Shown: positions 16,277-24,200 of the stretch, in pieces | Position numbering within the stretch: position 1 is the first letter of the stretch | How the letters are laid out: each line of letters opens with the position of its first letter | Notes under the pieces: model-generated | Databases searched by the model: none | Told to the model about the DNA's origin: nothing | What the model saw: the letters and a program-made list of their open reading frames with translations, nothing else | DNA from: a virus | Virus record (IMG/VR): IMGVR_UViG_3300045988_125995 | DNA: 37,650 nt | Reading direction: 5' to 3' (one strand) | Position numbers and translations under genes: made by a program

Positions 16277-16816
16277 ATGGCTACACTGAGTTTTGCCGTT
16301 ACGAACAGTGCTTGGAACTGGAGCGGCACGGTAAGCATTAACTACGAGGTCGAATACAACGAGGACGCGAATACGACCACGGTTACGTTCGCAGAGTCAA
16401 AGTTCACGTATTGGGGTCGCAATAACTACGGCACATCTGCCTCGGCGGATATAAGCGTTCAGGCTGCTGATAACACGGTGAGCAAGGGCGCTGCGCAGAT
16501 GTCCGCGTATGGCAACACGGCAAGCGGCTCAAAAGACTTTCCGGCTACGCCGTCGCCCACGTCTGTCACAGTGCAGCACAGCGACGCAGACGGGGAGAAG
16601 TCCATAGTCATATCGGCATCGGCTGTTGTTAAGGCGTACATGAGTTCCACCGCGACGCGCCAGACTGAAGGCACAGGTAGCGGGGCAGAAACCGTTGTGA
16701 GCGGAGAACATGCCTCGTCAAAGGCGGTAATTTACATAAACGGTACAGCCGTTAAGGCTGTGCCGTACATCGGAAAGAAAAAGGCTACGGCATACCGAGG
16801 CCGCACGAAGCTATAA
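16277..16816 (+). CDS. Virion/receptor-binding-associated protein, paralogue of 18646-19461
   Basis: N-terminal similarity of about 140 aa to the 18646 product (..TTVTF.ES.F.Y.GR..YGTSA...I.V.A.DN...G.A....YG.T..G.K.F..TPSP.S.TVQH...G.KSI.ISAS). Confidence 0.6.
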   Translation: MATLSFAVTNSAWNWSGTVSINYEVEYNEDANTTTVTFAESKFTYWGRNNYGTSASADISVQAADNTVSKGAAQMSAYGNTASGSKDFPATPSPTSVTVQHSDADGEKSIVISASAVVKAYMSSTATRQTEGTGSGAETVVSGEHASSKAVIYINGTAVKAVPYIGKKKATAYRGRTKL

Positions 16817-16825
16817 GGAGGACGC

Positions 16826-17134
16826 ATGACAATATTGCAGGGCGACGCATAGCTCATACCGATAGCATTGACAGCTGACGGCGAGCCTGTCACGGACGCG
16901 GATATTGAGGCGATGGAGGTCATTCTCGGCGGCATATCCAAGCTCTACCCGGACGAGCTGGGCTATGCCAACGGCGAGTTCCAGTTCCCGCTGACGCAGG
17001 AAGAGAGCTTCGCTATGGCAGAGGACAGATACGACCTTCTGATACGGCCTAAGTTTGCCGACGGCACCGTGTCGGGCGTACTCAAGGCAGGGGAGATAGA
17101 GGTCGTAGCGACAGACACGAGGAGAGTGCTGTGA
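16826..17134 (+). CDS. Small virion protein; in-frame TAG at codon 9 (16850-16852)
   Basis: ATG 16826 sits 4 nt after AAGGAGG. Reads MTILQGDA[TAG]LIPIALTADGEP..., in frame with ORF 16868-17134, whose TTG start has no SD. Confidence 0.65.
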
Positions 17135-17418
17135 TGAGAACCGTGACGGCAAAGATGCAGCGGGTGCGGCGGATAAGCGCCAACATTGGCGCAGGCTCAC
17201 AGCTCGCTCTTGACCTCGGAATAAAGATAACGGCCGACACGTCGCCAAAATATACCGGAGAATATGACGTGCGGCCTAAGACTTACGAGCCGGTGGTGCT
17301 GGAGACGAAGGGACGCTCAATGCTGGACGACGTGACAGTGCAGAAAATCCCGCAGTTCGAAGTTTCAAACGACGCGGGCGGGAAAACACTTATTTTGGGG
17401 GATGAATATTATGGCTAA
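17134..17418 (+). CDS. Small virion protein (94 aa)
   Basis: ATG 17134 overlaps the upstream TGA (TGATG). GGAGAG lies 7 nt upstream. TAA stop. Confidence 0.55.
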   Translation: MRTVTAKMQRVRRISANIGAGSQLALDLGIKITADTSPKYTGEYDVRPKTYEPVVLETKGRSMLDDVTVQKIPQFEVSNDAGGKTLILGDEYYG

Positions 17419-17995
17419 CTAGTTCAACAAGGTAATACTCGGTACAGAGGTAAAGCTTGACCTTACGGGCGACGACATAACCGCGGCTGACCTGAAGAAG
17501 GGTATCAAAGCGCACGACAAGAGCGGAGCGCCAATCGTCGGCACGAATACGAACGACGCGAACACCTCGGACGCGACGGCGACTGCGGCGGAAATACTCA
17601 AGGATAAAACCGCTTATGTGGCAGGTTCCAAGCTGGCCGGCACGATGCCGAACAACGGGGCAAAGACACTTGAAATAGCTACCAAGGACGGCACACCACC
17701 CATCCCCATGGGCTTTCACGACGGCAGCGGCAAGGCGCAGATAGCGGCGGCGGAGAAAGCAAAGCTTATCCCCGAAAACATCCGCGAGGGCATAACAGTG
17801 CTCGGCGTAGCCGGTTCTATGTCCGGTTCCGAAGGAATGAAGCCGCAGGCAAAGTCTGTCACTCCGAGCTTCGCAAGTCAGGAGGTTCTGCCCGACAGCG
17901 GCTACAATTGCCTGTCCTCGGTGACGGTCGCGGCGATACCTGTTTCAGAAGCAGCCAACGCGGCGGGAGGAATAACGCTCACGATAGGAGGCTGA
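17411..17995 (+). CDS. Tail fibre/spike N-terminal-module protein (paralogous N-terminus to 17997-18641); in-frame TAG at codon 4 (17420-17422)
   Basis: Reads MAN[TAG]FNKVILGTEVKLDLTGDDITAADLKKGIKAHDKSG, in frame with ORF 17618-17995. The neighbour starts MGVSKVIIDDEVKLDLTADTVEPAALKAGYTAHNAAG. Confidence 0.65.
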
Positions 17996-17996
17996 C

Positions 17997-18641
17997 ATGG
18001 GAGTAAGCAAGGTCATTATAGATGACGAAGTTAAGCTTGACCTGACGGCGGACACGGTAGAGCCGGCGGCGCTCAAAGCAGGGTATACAGCGCACAACGC
18101 AGCAGGAAACAAAATAGTGGGGACTATGTCGGCTTCGGGTGGCACTTTTAAGGTAACGGTGACGTTCTACCCCGATACACATATGTGTACTTCGGACAAA
18201 ACATTGCAGGAGGCTCTGGCCGCCTACAATGCGGGTATGCTGCCTTACGTCGAGTTTCACAGTTATGATGCCGTGGAATTCTATGAAATGCAGGCCAAGA
18301 GTGATGCCGAGATAATATTTGTGCATTACTTTATGTCGTTCAACGCCTCCAACGATGGTATTGTAATGCCCTCAATGGGGTGCTACTCCATTACCCTCAC
18401 TGACGACGGCGCAATTCTGGACGACTCCGGTTCGAGCGACGTGGTAAGCTATGTGGCAGTTAACCCAAACCTCAATGCGCCTTCAGAAGATACCGTGCCA
18501 AGTACGCAATGCGTCTCGAACGCGCTAAGCAAAAAGCTCAACAAGCAGCTTGTGGCCGGAGAAGACTACTTTGACAGTGAGGCTGCGCTGCCTGCGCCCG
18601 GAACTGTCGGGAGAATATATTTTGTAAAGGCGGAGGCGTGA
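17997..18641 (+). CDS. Tail fibre/spike protein, second copy of the N-terminal module with a different C-terminal domain
   Basis: ATG overlaps the upstream stop (TGACATG). Shares the KV...EVKLDLT..T......K.G..AH...G..IVGT motif with 17411-17995. Confidence 0.6.
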   Translation: MGVSKVIIDDEVKLDLTADTVEPAALKAGYTAHNAAGNKIVGTMSASGGTFKVTVTFYPDTHMCTSDKTLQEALAAYNAGMLPYVEFHSYDAVEFYEMQAKSDAEIIFVHYFMSFNASNDGIVMPSMGCYSITLTDDGAILDDSGSSDVVSYVAVNPNLNAPSEDTVPSTQCVSNALSKKLNKQLVAGEDYFDSEAALPAPGTVGRIYFVKAEA

Positions 18642-18645
18642 AGCC

Positions 18646-19461
18646 ATGGCGCAGCTTTCATATACCGCGGAGCTAACTGCTTATAGCTGGACAGGCTCGA
18701 CGTATATAAACTATACGGCGCGTTACGACCCAGTTGCGAATGCGACAACGGTAACATTTGAGACTTCCGAGTTCAGTTACTATGGCAGAAGCGGCTACGG
18801 TACATCGGCCGAGGCAACTATTACCGTTACAGCTTCCGACAACTCCGGCAGCAGCGGCTCGGCAACTCTGAGCACCTACGGTTCAACGAATGGCGGCACG
18901 AAGTCCTTCACGGGAACACCGTCCCCCGCGAGCATCACAGTGCAGCACGCCGCAGGCGGAGGCGCGAAGAGCATCAACATAAGCGCCAGCAGCACGATTA
19001 AAGTCTACCCGACTTCATGGCTGAAGTCGCAAAAGACGGCAACGGGCAGCGGCAGTGCGAGCGAGACGGCAGGTACGGCGTATGTATTTCACAAAAGCGT
19101 GTCTGAAGGCGTAGCACAGGCGGATGTATATGACAGAACCAACACTCGAAGTGCAAAGCTTGCGGAAGGCGATTTGCTGTGTGCTGGAGATGTAATTCAG
19201 CTTTACAGGGCAGCCGCAGACGGCTATGAGCTGACGGCGGCGCACTTCGGCGGTGGCGGTATCGTTGACGACGGAGCTACGCACACGGTTACTGGCGAGA
19301 CAACAGTAACAGTAACTGCGAAGAAATCTGTCCCGAAGGGTTACGTGAAAATCGACACCGGGCAGGCACTTGTGAACTACTGCGCGATGATAGATACCGG
19401 CACGGGGTACGTCAGGTATAGAGCTTATATAGACACCGGAACTAAAATAGTTCCGTATTGA
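18646..19461 (+). CDS. Virion/receptor-binding-associated protein, paralogue of 16277-16816 with an extra C-terminal domain
   Basis: See 16277-16816. 271 aa. TGA stop. Confidence 0.6.
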   Translation: MAQLSYTAELTAYSWTGSTYINYTARYDPVANATTVTFETSEFSYYGRSGYGTSAEATITVTASDNSGSSGSATLSTYGSTNGGTKSFTGTPSPASITVQHAAGGGAKSINISASSTIKVYPTSWLKSQKTATGSGSASETAGTAYVFHKSVSEGVAQADVYDRTNTRSAKLAEGDLLCAGDVIQLYRAAADGYELTAAHFGGGGIVDDGATHTVTGETTVTVTAKKSVPKGYVKIDTGQALVNYCAMIDTGTGYVRYRAYIDTGTKIVPY

Positions 19462-19474
19462 TAAGGAGGACAAT

Positions 19475-20245
19475 ATGGCAAAGACAAATACCGGACTCGT
19501 CGAGTACGCACTGGCGCAACTGGGCAAGCCCTACTGGTGGGGCACCTTCGGGCAGACGGCCTCGGCGGCGCTGCTCGCGCAGAAGCGTGAGCAGTACCCG
19601 GATAGGTATGACTCGTATGGCGACGAGTGCAAGAAGCAGTATGGCCAGAAGGTACATGACTGCGTCGGGCTTATCAAGGGCTATCTTTGGAGCGACACAC
19701 CGGACAGCGAGCCTATATACAAGGCGGCGCAGGACGTGGCGGTATCTGGGCTGTATCTGGTCTGCCCTGAAAGCGGCAGCATCGACACCATGCCTGACAT
19801 ACCGGGCGTGTGCGTGTTTATGCGGGACATGTCCCACGTCGGCGTTTACGTCGGCGGCGGCTACGTCGTAGAGGCAACCGGCCACGCGCGCGGCGTGGTC
19901 AAGACCAAGCTTGCAGGGCGCGGCTGGGGGCTGTGGGGCAAGCCCCGCTGGATAAGTTACGAGGCTGCTGCCACTCCAGCACAGCCTGCACAGACCGCAC
20001 AGACCACCGCCTCGGGGCTGACCGTCACCGGCCTGCCGCTGCTGCGCTACGGCGACAAGGGAGAGTGCGTCCGCTCGGCGCAGATGCTCCTCATCGGGCG
20101 CGGCTACTCCTGCGGCAGGTGCGGCGCGGACGGCGAAATAGGGCAGGACACTTTCAATGCGGCGGTGGCGTACCAGCGCGCCTGCGGCTTGCAGCAGGAC
20201 GGTATCATAGGCGCTCAGACTTGGGCGCGGCTGATAGGAGGTTAA
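19475..20245 (+). CDS. Endolysin: NlpC/P60-type peptidase plus C-terminal peptidoglycan-binding (PG_binding_1-like) domain
   Basis: LGKPYWWG...HDCVGLIKGY (Cys) and SHVGVYVGGGYVVEA (His). C-terminus GDKGECVRSAQMLL..GY.....DGEIGQDTFNAAVAYQRACGLQQDGIIGAQTW. Confidence 0.85.
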   Translation: MAKTNTGLVEYALAQLGKPYWWGTFGQTASAALLAQKREQYPDRYDSYGDECKKQYGQKVHDCVGLIKGYLWSDTPDSEPIYKAAQDVAVSGLYLVCPESGSIDTMPDIPGVCVFMRDMSHVGVYVGGGYVVEATGHARGVVKTKLAGRGWGLWGKPRWISYEAAATPAQPAQTAQTTASGLTVTGLPLLRYGDKGECVRSAQMLLIGRGYSCGRCGADGEIGQDTFNAAVAYQRACGLQQDGIIGAQTWARLIGG

Positions 20246-20248
20246 GGC

Positions 20249-21196
20249 ATGGCAACCTTTGAGGAAACCTACAGCAAGTACAATGCTGACCGTGCATCTG
20301 CTATAAACGGAATGTACGACGCTCAGAAAGCCGCTACGCTCAGTCAGCTTGAGAGCGCATAGAACCAGAACCGGCAGACACAGGAGGCGGCCAAGAACCA
20401 GATAGCGCCGACGTATCAGCAGAGGGCGAATGACCTCGCGGTGCAGTATGAGCGCAACCGCCGGAACTTCAACCAGCAGGCGGCGGGCAGCGGCCTCAAC
20501 ACCGGCACGGCGTCGCAGGCGGCGCTCGCCCAGAACAGCACTTGGCAGAGGGATTACGGCAATCTCCGCACGGCGGAGGCGGACGCACTGACGGAGGCTG
20601 ACCGGCAGATGGCGGCGCTTGAGACGCAGTACAAGTCCGCAGTTGCTCAGGCGATAGCCGAGAACGACTACAACCGCGCAAAAGCGCTCATGGACGAGTA
20701 CGGCAATCAGGAGTCCCGCGACGCGACAATGGCGAAGATACTTGCTGGCTACGGAGACTTCAGCGGCTACGCAAAGCTCTACGGCGACGACGCTGCAAAC
20801 AACATGGCGCAGTATTGGATATACTCAAACCCGCAGCTTGCTTACAGTATGGGCAAGATAAGCGCAGACGAGTATGCAAGGCTGACCGGGAAGCGCACCG
20901 GCGGCAAGGCGACCGGAGGCAAAACGCTCAGTGAGGCTTTCACTGATGATAAATATGGGCAGGATTACACCAGCAACGGTCTTAACCTCACGGATATGAT
21001 GGAACTCATCAATAAGGGCGACACGCTTTCGGCTCTCAGACAGGCAGAGGCTTTCGCCGCAGATGCCTACGCAAACCCCGACAAATACACCGACTCTCAA
21101 ATTGAGCGAATGGTCGAACTCAAAAGAATGGCGCAGAGAGGCCAGAAGATTAGCGGTTCGGTTGGCGGCGGGCGGAACCTCGACGCACTTAGATAA
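20249..21196 (+). CDS. Q/A/N-rich coiled-coil virion protein; in-frame TAG at codon 38 (20360-20362)
   Basis: ATG 20249 after AGGAGG. Reads ...ATLSQLESA[TAG]NQNRQTQEAAKNQIAPTYQQRAND, in frame with ORF 20441-21196, which starts at an internal GTG. Confidence 0.65.
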
Positions 21197-21211
21197 CAGA
21201 AAGGTGTCATT

Positions 21212-24200
21212 ATGGCAAGTAGAGAAGAAAACCTCAGATACCTTGCGGGCGGCAGTTTGCCAAAAGATACCGGAGCCGCAAACGGATCCAGTATTACTGG
21301 CACTAAGGAAGTGCAAACTGATGGACTGAGCGAAAAAGCTCGACGCAGAGAAGAGAACCTCAGATACCTTGCTACGCCTGCGGAGGACATCACTCCGAAA
21401 AACGAGACCGTCGAGAACAGCAGCTTCACGAGCAAGAGCGGCAAGTTTGACGCTTCTGCCGCGGCTCCTACCGCCGACTATACCCAGCAGCGCGCGAAGC
21501 TGCAAAAGGAGCTTGACAGGCTCGACAACGCCGCCGCATACGTGACGACCACGGAGCAGAGCGACGAGATAGACGCGCAGCGCAAGCCCATAATAGAACA
21601 GCTGCGCAAGCTCGACGAGGCGGAGGGCAAGACCGGCGTATACACCGGCGGCGACCGGCTGAAAAACGCCCTCGGCAACGCGAAGCTTGCGACTCAGCAG
21701 GGCTTGACGCAGGCTGACCACCGGATAGCCCAGACCGCCGACTGGCTCTTCGGCGGCATCGCCAAGGAGGGCAAGGCGCTTGTGAACGCTACCCTTCAGA
21801 CGATAAACCCCAACTGGGGCTTCGAGGACGAAGACCCGTGGATTACGAGATATAACAAGCGCGGGACTGAGGTGCTGGCACAGAACGACGCCGTAGCCCA
21901 GCGGCGCATTGAGGAAGGCAAGCTCAACAAGACCGCTTGGAAGTATGCCCCCGAAGTCGTGGCCGCTATCCCCGACGCTGTGCTGGCCTTTGCGACAGGC
22001 GGCGCGAGCACCGGCGCACAGGCGACGAGAGCGGGGCTTGAGACGGCTTCGGCCATAGCGCAGGGCAGCAGCGCGGCGCAAAAGCTCATCCCAATTGCGG
22101 ACGCTACGAAGAACATGATGAAGTCTCCCGCGTGGTTGAGCGCCTTTGCGCAGACCGCGGGCGGAAGCTACGAGGAGGCACTGGCCGACGGCGCGACGGA
22201 GGAGCAGGCGAACCTCTACGCGCTCCTCAACGGCTTTGCGAACGCTACGATTGAAGTCGGCGGTACTGACGAGGCGATGGGCGGTATTCAGAAGCTGCCG
22301 CAGCAGCTCAGAGACGCGCTCGAAAAGGGCAACAAGCGCGCCGTTATGCAGTGGGTACGGAGCCCGGCGGGCGAGGCGATAGAAGAAGTGCTTCAGGGTA
22401 TGGCCGAGAAGGGACTGCGCGGGCTTTATACGAACGACGTTCCGCTTTACTCGGAAACCGACGAGAACGCGGTAATAAACCCGAAGCGCGCCAAGGAAGA
22501 AGCCCTCGGCGGACTCATCGTCGGCGGTGTACTCGGCGGCGGGCAGATGGCCATACAGTCCGCTATCAACAGCGGCAGGGGGCAGAACGCGAACGGCGCC
22601 CAGACGGCGCAGGAGACGCAGAACGCGGCGGGGGATATCTCCGCACCACCCACGCAGGAGAACGCCGACACGGGCGCTTCTGCGCGGTTAAACTCCGACG
22701 TACAGACCGACGTGGACTCACAGAACGCAGAGGACATAAAAAAAGCAGCCTCCGAGGCTGCAAATGCCGATATAACGGGAGACTCGCGCGTCGCCAATGC
22801 CGAAGCCTCGCGTAGCACGTCCGAAACGAAAAATGCACTCTCTCCCGCGGCGGAAGCAGATGCTTCCAATGCCAATATAGCACCGGAAGCGCAGAATGTC
22901 AATCCCAACGTCCCCGCGCAAACGGTGGAGGAGTCCGGCGGGAAGAAGCGGAGTCAGACCGAGGCGCACACCCTCCAGACGATAGACGAGCGCCTTGACA
23001 CTCCGGCGGCGGAGCGCGAGGAGCTGTATTATATCCCGAAATCCGAGAGCGAGAGTCTGCGCGAGGCGGCGGAGCGTATACGCGAGGACATGCCCGGAGC
23101 GCGGGCGGAGCTTGCGGCGAAGGACATGTGGAGCGGGACTGACCACGACACGGCAATGGGCATACTCGGATCACTGAACCGTGAGGCCGCGCAGACCGGC
23201 AATTATGACGACTTCCGCGCATGGCGCAGGACGATACAGGAACACGGCACGGACACGGCGCGGGCTTTGCAGTCCCTCGCCAAGTACACGCGCACCGGAA
23301 CAGGGGCGATGATGGACGCGGTGGATATCATCGACAGCTCCAACATAAGCGGCGAGCTTAAATCTGCGCTCACGGCAGAGGTCGGGCGTTACTCCGAGGA
23401 GTACGACGCGGCGCGAGCCAAGGCCGAAAACGGCAATCTCGCCGACATGGCAGACCTCATAGAGCGCATGGCGAGGCGGCGCAACACTTGGACTTTCGGC
23501 AAGAACCGATACAGCAAGATCGTCCGCGAGCTCGCGTCGGACAAGTCGAACGCTGAATGGCTCACGGACTACGCATACAGGCAGATATCCGCAATAGCAA
23601 GCGACGCCGCGGTGAAGGTTCCCTTCTCGCAGAAGGTGAAGAGCGCGCAGACGACGGCACAGCTCACGAGCATCGGGACGTTTCTCCGGAACATCGGCGG
23701 CAACGTCACCTTCGGAGTGCAGGACACGCTCTCTCAAAACGGTGTAGCTCTCGCCATTGACCGCCTCATCTCGCAGGCGACGGGGAAAAGAACCGTCGGC
23801 GCGGACAAAAGCTGGTTTTCCTCCGAGGCGAGGAAGGGCGCACGGGACGCGATGCAGAAATCCATACTTGAAGTCGCGGGCGACATCGACATGAACGGCA
23901 ATGAGAACCGCTACGGAATGACGTCGAGCCGGTCATGGAGGATGAGCGGAAACGCGGCGGAGCGCTTCATGTCCCGCTGGCAGCAGCTTCTCGGCTACTC
24001 GCTGACGACCTCCGACCGCTTCTCCCGCGGCGCGATAGAGGCGGAGATCACGCGAGGGCTTGACGCTCTTGGCAACAGCGGGCTGACGGCGGAGGAAAAG
24101 GCTGCCATTGCAAAGCAAACCGCCGACTACCGCCTGTTTCAGAATCACGGCGAAGCTTACAAAGCCTCAAAGGCGATACATGACTTTTTCAACGTCGCCG

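Noticed and set aside
8004-20362. The seven TAG interruptions read as nonsense mutations, a decaying prophage, or sequencing errors
   Set aside because: All seven are TAG and never TGA or TAA. All lie in essential virion genes of an otherwise intact, densely packed genome. Each has an SD-supported ATG upstream, and a tRNA with anticodon CTA is encoded in the same operon. Read-level confirmation is still needed.
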